Below are positions 25,695 to 38,500 of a stretch of 64,000 bases of DNA, piece by piece. The notes below the pieces were generated by a model. It did not search any database. It worked only from the letters and a program-made list of their open reading frames with translations, and was not told where the DNA came from. The position numbers and the translations under genes were made by a program. How positions within the stretch are numbered: the stretch's first letter is position 1; every line of letters starts with the position of its first letter. Source of the stretch: Octopus sinensis (lineage: Eukaryota); NCBI RefSeq assembly GCF_006345805.1, contig NC_043020.1:20832001-20896000 (forward strand), given 5' to 3'.

Positions 25695-26535
25695 GCAAGG
25701 ATGCATGGCCTAGTGGTTAGGGTGTTGCACTCATGATTGCGAGATCGTGGTCTCAATTCCTAGAGCAAAACACTTCATCTCATGTTGCTCTGCAATCACT
25801 TCAACACCTGTTCAGGTAACATCAATTTGATGAAGGGAGTGAACTAACGTACAACACGTATTTTTGAACACTATAAACAAATCCTTTGTGCAGGTCATTT
25901 GACAAAAGCTGAACCCTCATACGTCATCTTCAATGGGAGAGTCCATCATGATTATTATTATAGGTGGTAAGCTGGCAGAATCACCAGTACAGGAGAAAAA
26001 ATACTTCAGTTTTCACATTCTGAGTTCATATTCTGCCAAGGTTAACTTTGCCTTTCATCATTTTGGGGTCAATGAAACAAGTACCATCAACTAGCCCCTC
26101 CTCACCGAAATTCAGCTTTGTTATAATAGAAAGGGTTATCATTCTTTACCAGTTTATCAAAAATAAAGAAAATGTTACTTCATTTTATACTAATCTTACT
26201 GACAAAGGTGGCAAATATAAAGGCTTGAGTTACTTCCATTGTAGACTTTAAGGGCATAGAGCCTGGGTAGAAGTTGGGTACTGGTGGCAGTTGGAAGACA
26301 AGTAAACAAATAGACAAAATTATATTACCCGTGCTTTCAAAGTGTGTATTTTTCTGCTGGTGTCAGTATCGATGGAGCAATCAGTCCGAGAGTCAACATT
26401 GCGGAAGAAACTACTCACAGCTTCATTGTAGAGACCTTTCTGGAATTGAGAAGACAACATTTACCAAGAAAAGAAACAAAGAACTTTTAGTGATAGATTT
26501 TAAGCAAGGGTTTGTTTTTTTGATTATTATTATTA

Positions 26536-26575
<40 letters not shown>

Positions 26576-29500
26576 GAAATAAGTACCAGTTATGCACTGG
26601 GGTCAATGTAATTGACTAGCCCTCTTCCTTCAAATTTCAGGCCTTGTGCCTATAGTGGAAAGGATTATTATTATTATTATTATTATTGTTGTTATTATTA
26701 TTATTGAAGGCAGTGAGCTTGCAGAATTATTAGCATGCTGGGTGAAATGCTTAGTAGAACTTCATCTGCTGCTATGTTCTGAGTTCAATTTTGCCTTTCA
26801 ACCTTTTGGGATCAATGAAATAAGTACCAGTTACGTACTGGGGTCGATATAATCGACTAGTCCCCTTCTCCCAAAATTTCCAAAGCCTTGTGCCTAGAGT
26901 AGAAATGATAATAATAATTATTATTGTTATTAATGTGGTGAGCTGGTAGAATTGTTAGCACATCATACAAAATGCTCAGCAGCATTTTGTCCAGCTTCAC
27001 ATTCTGAGTTCAAATTCTGCCAGGCTTGACTTTACCATTCATCATTTTGGGGTCAATAAAATAAGCACTAGTCGAACACTCCCCAAAAGCTGCTGGTCTT
27101 GCACCAAAATCTGAAGCTGTTTTTATTATTAAGGTGGCAAGCTGGATAATCAAAGTGGGGACATGTCATGTTATAGAAGTTTTTACAAAGATACCAAAGT
27201 TATAAAAACACTTCAATAGAAAATTATTAACTAGTTATATTAACATCATATTTTAACAAAAGAATGTATCTTTTATGCAAGAAGTGCTTTAGCTACTGAC
27301 AAAATTATTTATATCTTGCAAAAATGTTTGTTTTGATGGAATTAGAAGAAGTTGACAAATTCTTTCTTTGAGTGGATAATCAATGTTATATTTAGAAATT
27401 TTATTTATGTATTGAAATTATACTATCATAGAAATATAATTCTAAAGTTTAACAACACCAGCCGGGGCTACCCAATGGACAGAAAGACCGATTCTATGAT
27501 ACCCTACTGCAGACTACCTCGTTGACGAATGACAGAGACCTTCTCTTTGTGGCTGGTGACTTCAATGGACATGTTGGACAACATACCAGGGGCTTCCATG
27601 GTGTACATGGAGGCTACGGTTATGGTTCCTGCAACGAGAAGGGAACCAGGCTGCTGGAGTTCTGCGAAGCAAATGATCTTATGGTTTGCAACACTAACTT
27701 CAGGAAACATACCAGCCACCTAGTCACCTACTGATCGGGCCGACATACTAGGCAAATTGACTACATCCTTGCCAGGAAAAGGGAAAGATGGCTGCTTATA
27801 AATGCCAAAACCTTCCCAGGCGAAGAATGTACCCCACAACATAGACTGGTAGTTAGTGACTTTAGGATCAGGACTAAGAGAACGACCAGAAGACAACCAA
27901 CATGGAGAAGAAGGGTCTGGAAGCTTAAAGATCCTGCGAATGGACAGAGATTTAGGGATATATTACTTGAAGCCTTTGATGAAGTAGAAGGGGATATAGC
28001 TTCATATGGGGTAGAAGACAACTGGAGGTTTCTAAGGGACAACTTGCTGACAGCCACTGACCAGATCTGTGGATGGTGCAAAGTCCCCTCTCGACCCAAA
28101 ATAACGTGGTGGTGGAACAATGTTGTAGACAGGGCTATTAGAGAAAAGAGACAGGCTTAGAAGGACTGGAAGAATGGTGGTAGCAGGGAATTGTATCAGA
28201 CTGCCAAAAGAGAAGCTAAGAGACAGGTTGATTTAGCCAGAGGGGAAGCAGATAAGAAAAAATTTGCCAATGTTCTGCGCTGTGAGGACCAAAGACTTGA
28301 GATATTTCGTGTTGCAAGACAGTGTATGAGAGAGAATCGTGATGTGGTGGGAGAGAAATGTGTTCGCATGGATGATGGTTCACTTGCGCTAAATGAGGAT
28401 GCAAAGAGAGTGGTTGGGAGACGCCACTATGAAAGGTTGCTGAATAAAGAAAATGAATGGGATAAAGAGAGTCTGCCGAATGTCGACCCAACAGAGGGAC
28501 CAGCTATCCGAGTTGACAGTTCCTTGGTAGTTGAGGCAATTAGAAGCATGAAGACAGGGAAAGCCCCAGGCCCATCAGGAATTACTGCAGAGATGCTCAA
28601 AATATCTGGCAGTGTCAGCATTAGCCTGGTCACCCATATAGTTAACCAGGTGATATACGAAGGAGTCATACCCAATGACTGGTGTAGCAGCACTATAGTC
28701 AACTGTGACAAAGGAAAAGGTGACGCCTTAGATACAAATAATTAGAGAGCTATCAAGCTCTTGGATCAGGTAATGAAGGTCACGGAAAGGGTCATAGCCC
28801 AACTAATTGGGGAAAAAGTCAGTTTAGATGAGATGCAGTTTGTGTTTGTGCCAGGGAAAAGCACCACTGATGCTATATTTCTGGTAAGACAGCTGCAGGA
28901 GAAATACCTAGCCAAAGATAAACCTCTGTACCTTGCTTTCATTGACATGGAGAAAGCCTTTGACAGGGTCCCCCAATCCCTTATCTGGTAGTCAATGAGG
29001 AAACTAGGAATAGATGAATGGTTAGTGAGAGCCGTGCAAGCCACGTACAGGGACACTGTCAGTAAGGTGAGGGTTGGTAATGAGTACAGTGAAGAATTCT
29101 GGGTAGGGGTAGAGGTCCACCAAGGTTCAGTCCTCAGCCCCCTCCTATTTATCATAGTCCTCCAGGCAATAACAGAGGAATTCAAGACAGGATTGCCCTG
29201 GGAGCTCCTCTATGCTGATAACCTTGTTCTAATTGCTGAGTCACTAACAGAACTAGAGGAGAAGTTTCAAGTGTGGAAACAAGGATTAGAATCGAAGGGC
29301 CTTAGAGTCAACCTAGCTAAAACCAAAGTCCGAATAAGTAGGAAGGCAGGCAAACCACAAATCCCTTCAGGTAGATGGCCCTGTTCGATCTGCAGAAAAG
29401 GCGTAGGTAGAAACTCTATAAGATGTACCCAGTGTAAGCTATGGACACATAAAAGGTGCAGCAATATCAAAGGTAGGCTAACTGGGAGGATAGATTTCGT

Positions 29501-31166
29501 ATGTAGCAGATGCTCGGGCGCTATAAATAACACTGAAAATGTCCAGAGAACAACTTCCGCCACATTCCAGGGAGAAAAACTAGAAGTAGTTGATAGCTTC
29601 TGTTACCTAGGTGACCAAGTCAGTAGCAGGGGAGGGTGCACTGAAAGTGTAGCTGCTAGAATAAGAATAGCCTGGGTTAAGTTCAGAGAGCTCTTACCTC
29701 TGCTGGTGACAAAGGGCCTCTCGCTCAGAGTAAAAGGTAGACTGTATGATGCATGTGTACGAACAGCCATGCTACATGGCAGTGAAACATGGGCTGTGAC
29801 TGCTGAGGATATGCGTAAGCTTACAAGGAATGAAGCCAGCATGCTCCGATGGATGTGTAATGTCAGTGTGCATACTCGACAGAGTGTTAGTGCCCTGAGA
29901 GAAAAGTTGGACCTAAGAAGCATTAGATGTGGTGTGCAAGAGAGCCGACTGCGCTGGTATGGCCATGTGGTGGGAATGGATGTCGATAGCTGTGTGAAAA
30001 AGTGCCACACCCTAGCAGTTGAGGGAACCTGTGGAAGAGGTAGACCCAGGAAGATCTGGGATGAGGTGGTGAACCATGACCTTTAAACATTGGGCCTCAC
30101 CGAGGCAATGACTAGTGACCGGGACCTCTGGAAATATGCTGTGCTGCAGAAGACTCGGCAAGCGCAAGTGTGACCATAACCTTGTGGTCTATGCTAGGGG
30201 TGTAACCAGTCCACTTATGTGTGCCTTTTCTTCATTGGACACTAAACTCTGCTTGCGAAGACCAGTTGAGCCAAATGAAATCGAAGTCGAAATCAAATTC
30301 GGTGACTAGCATCTGTTGCTAGTGGAGCGCTAAGAGTACCATACGAGTGAGATCATTACCAGAGCAACAAGCTGGCCTTCATGCCAATGGCACGTTAAGC
30401 ACACCATTCAAATATGATCGTTACCGCGTCACCTTACTAGCACTTGTGCTGGGTGGCATGTGAAATATTCGAGTGAGGTCGTTGCGAGTGCCGCTGGACT
30501 GGCTCCTGTGCAGGTGGCACGTAAAAGCACCCACTACACTCTCGGAGTGGTTGGCCTTAGAAAGGGCATGCAGCTGTAGAAACTCTGCCAGATCAGATTG
30601 GAGTCTGGTTCGCCAGACCAGACCTCAGTCAAATCGTCCAACCCATGTTAGCATGGAAAGCGGACGTTAAATGATGATGATGATGATGATTTAAACAATT
30701 CTGTAAGAAATATTAGTAACAAGCAATAAGAGGAAACAAAATATTATATTTTGTTCAAAACTACCCCATTTCACGGTACCAGCTGAGTAATGGGATTGAT
30801 ATAATTAACTAGCCCCTTCACCCAAAATTTCAGGCCTTCTGCCTTTAGTGGAAAGAATTATCATTATTAAGGTGGCAAGCTGGCAGAATTGTTAGCATGC
30901 TGGGTAAAATGCTTAGCAGGATTTCATTCATTATACATGTTCTGAGTTCAAACTCTGCTGAGATCAACTTTGCCTTTCATCCTTTTCTGGTCAATAAAGT
31001 AAGCACCAATTGAGTATTGGGCTCAATATAATTGACTTATCCCCTCCCCTAAAATTGCTGGCCTTGTGCCAAAATTTGAAACTGTTAGCTGGCAGAATGG
31101 TCAAGGAGTCAATGTAATCAACTAACCCCTCCCCCAACTTTCAGGCCTTTATCATCATCATCATCA

Positions 31167-31224
<58 letters not shown>

Positions 31225-32509
31225 TATTATTAAGATAGCATTAACACATGGGGAAAAGTGCTTAGTGACATTTCTTCCGACTTTATGTTCTGAGTTCAAA
31301 TGCCATTAAGGTTGACTTTGGCTTTCATCCTTTTGACATTCATAAAATAAGTTAAACACTAGGGTCAATGAAATTGACTTGCCTCTCCTCTGAAATTGCT
31401 GGCCTTGTGCCAAAAATTGAAACCATTATTATTATTATTATCATTATGGTTATTTTTATTTTTAATCTGCATCTTTGTTACAGTCACTTGCCGAGACACA
31501 ACCAGTGTCCTGGGGCAAGTGAAGGATAAGAGATGTTAGAAAATGGCTGAAAGCTTGGGGAGGGGAGGTAGTGGAATATCTTCATGTAATACAGCACAGA
31601 TATTTAAATGGATAGGGTTTTTCTAAGAATGTGTAGATAAGATTCTCATGGAATCTTATCAACATGTTTCTGACATCCATTTTTTTTTATCATAATTAGG
31701 GCACCTACAATAACAGGAACAGTTCTCATTTTAAAATGCCACATCTTTTGTATTTCAATTTCCAGGTCCTTATCTTTACTTAGCATTATATGTAAAGATG
31801 CCAGTGGTTCTTGCCCTAGATATAGAAACAAAGACTAGAATAGGATACAAAGAACTTGTGACAAAGCAAACAGGGCGAACACATGGTATAGAACCAACAA
31901 ATATCAAGGAGTGATGTTTGTAGAGGCCATAGCCCATGGAGAACTAGCCTGTAGATTTAGAAAAGTTCTGAAGGAGACCAAACTCAACATTAAGTTTGTT
32001 GAAAAGCCAGGGAACTCCATCAGATCACAACTATGTAGGATGTACTCCGTTAAGAATACCATATGCACCCATGTTAACTGCATGGTATGTAGGATTAGCC
32101 CTATTAACTGTAGAACTAGAAATGTAGTTTACAGCATAAGATGCACAGAAGGTGCTTGTAAAGACATGAACAGGACATACATAGAGGAGACATCTAGGAG
32201 CATTGTGGAATGACTAAATGAACATTTGAGACAATATGACAACAAAAAACAGTCCTCCATACTATAACAACATGCCAAGGAACAACATGGAGGCAACCTG
32301 GGTCAACTTGACATCATCATCTTATCCAAGTACCCAAAGGAGCCAACACTCAGACAAATACAGGAGTATGTCCTCATAAATGAAACATCCCCAATACTAA
32401 ATAGTAAATATACATAGTAGATATCATACACCCATACCCACAGTTTACACAGGTAGAGTAGAATAGTTAGTGGGCTGTTATGTAGATAGATGTGTGTGTG
32501 TGTGTGTGT

Positions 32510-32543
<34 letters not shown>

Positions 32544-35500
32544 CACAAGTATGTAAGCATTTGGATATGAAAGTAAACAGATCAACATACAGATGGACAG
32601 GTACATAAGTTATATGAACAGACAAGCAAACATACACAAATGAAGACTGAAACACATGATCATATATATACACATGCACCTTACTTCACAAGGACATTCA
32701 TGGAGACACAAGGACACTTATGGAGACACACATACATGCATACAAACAAGGTACATAGTTGCAAAATACACACACACAAGGAAACAGATACACACACACA
32801 AAAACACACATGCAAATGCATGAATGTTCAGAATACATACATACAAATGTACACACATACAAACATGCATACACACATACAGACAGACATACATACAAGC
32901 ATATGTATGCACACATACACACACACACACTAACCCATACACATATGCACAAACAAACAAAAAGAACGCAGTGTGAATAATGGACAGAGTCAAAACTACT
33001 GAAAAGGTTGCCAGATGCAATGAAAATTTTAGGAAAATAAAGAAAAAATAAGAGGAAATTTTACTGGTGAGTGTGTTAAATTATAAGGTACTATAAGAGA
33101 ATGACTCTCCTCAGATACAACAGAATATGCTTTTCAACACATGAACTCACATAAAGAATCTTGCAAACCAAATCCAAAAACGAAATATATTTACTTAGTT
33201 TGCCAAATTCCTTGACAGATATATTTTTATCAGTGGGAACACTTACATAAGATAAGTACACCAGTTGAGCATTGGGGTTGATATAACTGACTAGACCTTC
33301 CCCCAGAATTTCAGGTCTTATTCCTATAGTAGAAAGAATTAATATTATTATCATTATAGTTAAGGTGGTGAGCTGGACAAACTGCTTTGTGAAATCATCT
33401 GGCTTTTTATGCTCTGAGTTCAAATTCTGCTGAAGTTGGTTTTTCCTTTCATCCTTTCATCAACGTCAATAAAATAAATACCAATGGAGTACTGAGGTCA
33501 ATGTAATCAACTAGCCTCCCCTCCACAAATTGCAGGCCTTGTGCCTATATTAGAAATAATAATTATTATTATTACTATTATATTAATATTATTATTGAGT
33601 GAGGGAGCAGTGCATGCCATCAACGTGACACTGGGGTACAAATATACAAAGCCCAGTATACCAATCATGACTACTTGTCTGATAAAGGCACACTCGGTAC
33701 ATGTATCACAACCACATGTGCAACATGGTGGATCTTATATCAAGATAAACAGTGCATGATCTTGTAGGTGGGACCCAGTTAGAATTTTCTTCAGGTCAAG
33801 TAGCCCATCCTGCTCAAAAGATCCCTGAATAAGGTTTGTTTAAGGATGATGAATGAAACACTCATGTTTCCAGAGGTGAATTATTCAAACTCCAAAGAAT
33901 TCCTCTCAACACATGGCTATGATGCCCCCCACCTAGAACTCCTGCTTGTGATCACTAAGGGACATGCTCAACTGGTGAAAGTCAAGCAACTGACAAGCAA
34001 ATCTGTGGTATTAAGCAGGATATTTGCTTAAGACAAAACATATACATGATAACACTTCTAACCAGTTAAGATCAGAAGCCATGAGAGCCACTGCCTGGTA
34101 CTGCATCAGGGCATTTATTATTATTATTATTACTGTTATTTATAAGGTGGTGAGCTGGCAGAATCGTTAGCTTGCCAGGAAAATGCTTAGTGGCTTTTTG
34201 TCTGTTTGCACATTCTGAGTTCAAATTCCTCTGTGGTTGACTTTGCCTTTCATCCTTTCAGGGTCAATAAATTAAGTACCAGTGAAACATTGTGGTCAAT
34301 GTAATTGACTAGTCCTCTTCCCCAAAATTTCAGGCCTTGTGACACACCCATAGTCCTAGGATGAGTGAAGGATAAGAGATGTTACAATATGGCTGAAAGT
34401 TTAGGGAGGGGAAGTAGTAGAGGCAGTAGCAAAATATCTTCATGTAATACAACACAGACATTTCAATTGATAAGGTGTTTCTAAGGATGTGAGCAAAACT
34501 TGTCAGCATAATCTTCTCTTGGATTTCTCTGAGACATGGTTCTCCTGGGATGATATCTAGATGTTTCTGACATCTCTTTTTTATCATACCTAGGGCACCT
34601 ATAATAACAGGAACAGTTCTTGCTTTATGTTGTAGAGAGTTAGTAATAATGGTACATCCCTTCCACATGATGAATGGAATAACCTAGTCACTATAAGTAA
34701 AGAGAAGTATGTGAAGTACCAAGTGTACAAAGTGGGTGATCAGAGATAGTCATGTCTTTACTAGTATACCGAGGTGGACGCTATAATAATCCAACATTTT
34801 AAGGGACCCAAGTGCAGTGCATGCAGAAACTGAAAACCAGCAGGAATTGAAGTGCAATGTGTGTGGATGATTTCTTCTCCATGAGCTAGGTTTATCAACC
34901 ATCTAAAGTCACATAAACTAGAGGGAAATTGAGCTGCTTGTATGATGGTTCAACTGCCATGTGCACTGCAGTACACTTGTAATAAAAAGAGAAATATGTG
35001 TCACATCTGTGGATGTTCTTGCAGAATGAAAGCTGGGCTCTGTGTGTGTGTGTGTGTGTGTCCCCCTTTGTCTTGAGATTGTGCACTAGGTGGCGTGGGC
35101 ATACTTCTTGCAGAGAAATAGGTGGATATAGTTAGTCATAGAGGTAGCCAGAGTGTGTGATAGAGTACTTAAGCTCAAGCTAGTCTTGCAGAATAGTATA
35201 GCTACAATTATATCTGCGCATGCCCTACAAGCAGGCCTACCAAATGAACAGAAGGGCCACTTTTATGATATTCTTCTGTAGGCTACCTTAAAGATGAGTG
35301 ACAATGATCTCATCTTTGTAGCTGGGATTTCAATGGGCATGTTGGACAGCAGCCTGGTATCTTCCATGGTGTTCATGGGGGCCATGGAATTGGTTACTGA
35401 AACGAAGAGGGAACAAGGCTACTGGAGTTCTGTGATGCAAATAACCTTTTGATCTGCATCATCAACTTCAGGAAGCCAGCCAGTCACCAGATAACCTATC

Positions 35501-38500
35501 AATCAAGTGACTGCTAGCCAGATCAATTTCATTCTCACTAGACAGTGGGATGCATGGTTGCTCTTAAATACAAAGACCATCCATGGTGAAGAATGTGCCC
35601 CCCCCCCAATCATAGACGAGTCATTAGCGACTTAAGACTCCAGGCCAGAAGGACACAAAGATGCAGACCAATCTGGAAAAGAAGAATTTGGATGCTTAAG
35701 GGCCCTTCATATGGTCAGAGATTTAGGGACATCCTAACTGAGAAATTTGATGAGAAGGAGGAGGAGTTACAAACTTGTGACATAGAGGGCAACTGGGAAT
35801 TCCTGTGAGACAGCTTACTGTGTGCCACAGACCAAATCTGTGCCTGGTGCAAAGTACCTTCCAGACCTAGGGTAATGTGGTGGTGAAACAATACAGTAGA
35901 CAGGGCCATTAGAGCAAAGAAACAGGCCTGGAAGAGTGGGGGTAGCAGGGAACTGTATCTGATAGCCAGAAGGGAAGCTAGGAGACAGGTATATCAAGCC
36001 AAGGGAGAAGCAGAAAAGAAGTTTACCTATATTCAGTGCCATGAGGACCAAAGAACTGAAGTATTTCGGATTGCAAGAGTGTGTGAGAGAAAATTGTGAT
36101 GCCACAGGAGAGAAATGTATCCATGTGGATGATGGTGCACTTGCTTTTAATGCGTCTGCAAACCATTGAGATGCCATTATGAAAGACTGCTGGACCTGGA
36201 GAATGAATGGGAGGAAGAGAGTCTGCCGAATGTTGACCCAATTGAGGGACCAGCTACCTGAATCAACAGTACCCTAGCAGATAAAGCAATAAGGGATATG
36301 AAGACAAGGGAAGTCCCCGGCCCATCAGGAATCACCACTGAGATGCTTAAAATATCTGGTAGTATGGGTTATGGTCTAGTTACCTGTATTGTAAATCAGG
36401 CAGTTCATGAAGGAGTCATACCCAATGACTTGTGTAGCAGCACCATAGTCAACTGTTGCAAAGGTAAAGGTGATGCCTTAGATAGAAATAATTACAGAGG
36501 TATCAAATTGTTGGATCAGGTGATGAAAGTCATGGAGAGGGTCATAGCCCAACTAATTAGGGAGAGAGCTAGTCTAGATGAGATGCAGTTTGGCTTTGTA
36601 CCAGGTAGAAGTACTACTGATGCTACATTTCTGGTAAGGCAACTGCAGGAGAAATTCCTAGCCAAAGATAAACCTCTGTACTTGGCTTTTGTTGACTTGG
36701 AGAAAGCTTTTGTCAGAGTCCCCTGATCCCTTATCTGGTGGTCAATGCGGAAACTAGGGATAGACGAGTGGTTGGTGAGAGTTGTTCAAGCCATGTACAG
36801 GGATGCTGTCAGTAAGGTGAGGGTGGGAAATGAGTACAGCGAAGAATTCAGGGTAGAAGTAGGGGTCCACCAAGGATTGGTGCTCAGCCCCCTCTTGTGT
36901 ATCATAGCCCTCCAGGCAATAACAGGAATTCAAGACAGGCTGCCTCCATAAGATGCACTCAGTGTAATCTTTGGACACACAAAAGATGCAGCAACATTAG
37001 AGGAAGGTTAACAGGGAAACTAACTTTTGTAAGTAGAACGTGGACAAGTACAATAAACACTGAAAATAGACTCCATCAACTGTCAGGGGACAAGCTAGAG
37101 CTAGTAGATAGCTTCCATTATCTAGGTGACCAAGTCAATAGTGCAGGTGTATGCTCTGAAAGCATACCTGTGAGAATAAGATTAGACTGGGCAAAGATCA
37201 GTGAGCTCCTACCCCTGCTGGCAACAAAAGGAGGCCTCTCTCTCAGAGTGAAAGGCAGATTGTTTGATTCTTGTATGCAGACAACTATGCTGCATGGTAG
37301 TGAAACATGGGCCGAGGACATACATAGATTTGAAAGAAATTAAACCAAAGTGGCAAGGTGGCTGAGTTCCTTTCATGTGTTGGGCCTCATGGAGACAAAG
37401 TGGCTGAGTTCCCTTTGAGTGCTGGGTCTCACGGAGGCAATGACAAACAACTTTGGCATTATGTTGAGCTTGAGAAGAAGACCCATCAAGCTGAGCAAAA
37501 TAGTAGTCGAGGCAGATACCAGCATCACGCAAATTGGCACCCATGCTGGTGGCATGTAAATGCACCCATTACACTCTTGGGTTGGTTGGCATTAGGGAGG
37601 GCATCCAGCCATAGAAAACCATGCCAAATCAGACTAGAGTCTGGTGCAGCCTTCCAGCATGCCAGCCCAGTCAAATCATTCAATCTACATCAGCATGGAC
37701 AACGGACATTAAATGATGATGATAATGATGATACAAAAGTTGTTTTGCTGCATTCTTCTGTGAAGTCATCCAACCATTATACTGTTCATGTTCACAAGAC
37801 TAGCAGATATATTACCTTACTTGGAAGTAGATGAAGGTCAGCAATAGGAAATGATATTAGTAACAGAGAATACTAATACTCGATGAATTTGTCTAACTCA
37901 TGCAAGCATGGAAAAGTGGACACTAAAATGATAACAATGATAATGGTAGAAAACTCATTCATTGAGTGCATGGAATTTAGAAGTCCACTTGCATTCTTTC
38001 CTAACAAGTGGCATTGAGATCAATCAGATGAAATACTTGGGCACTTGCTTAAGGACTTCCCAAGACTATCCCCATTTTTTACTAAGCCTTGAAGGACCTA
38101 TTTTGTATTTTTCTGGTGACAGGTAGTGGGATTTGAATTCAGAACATACAGAGCTGAAACAAGTGCTGCAAGGAATCTTTTCTAGTATTTTGTTATTATT
38201 TCACTAATCTATATGGACTCATACTTTATTTATTGACCCTGAAAGGGTCAAGGGCAGAGTTGATTTGGATTGCATTCAGACTCAGAGGGTACACAGCCTG
38301 AACAAATACTGCAAGCCTTTCTATCTAATATTCTAATGAACTTGCTTATTCAATATTATTCATTCATTCATTCATACATGCATGCATGCACACACATATA
38401 ACGGTCACGAAGACCTTGGACAACTTTCAGAAGTCTCTAGCATGGCAGTGTTACTGAGGAGCCTTACCTGTTCGGGAAAAGTTCACAAGGCATGGAGGCA

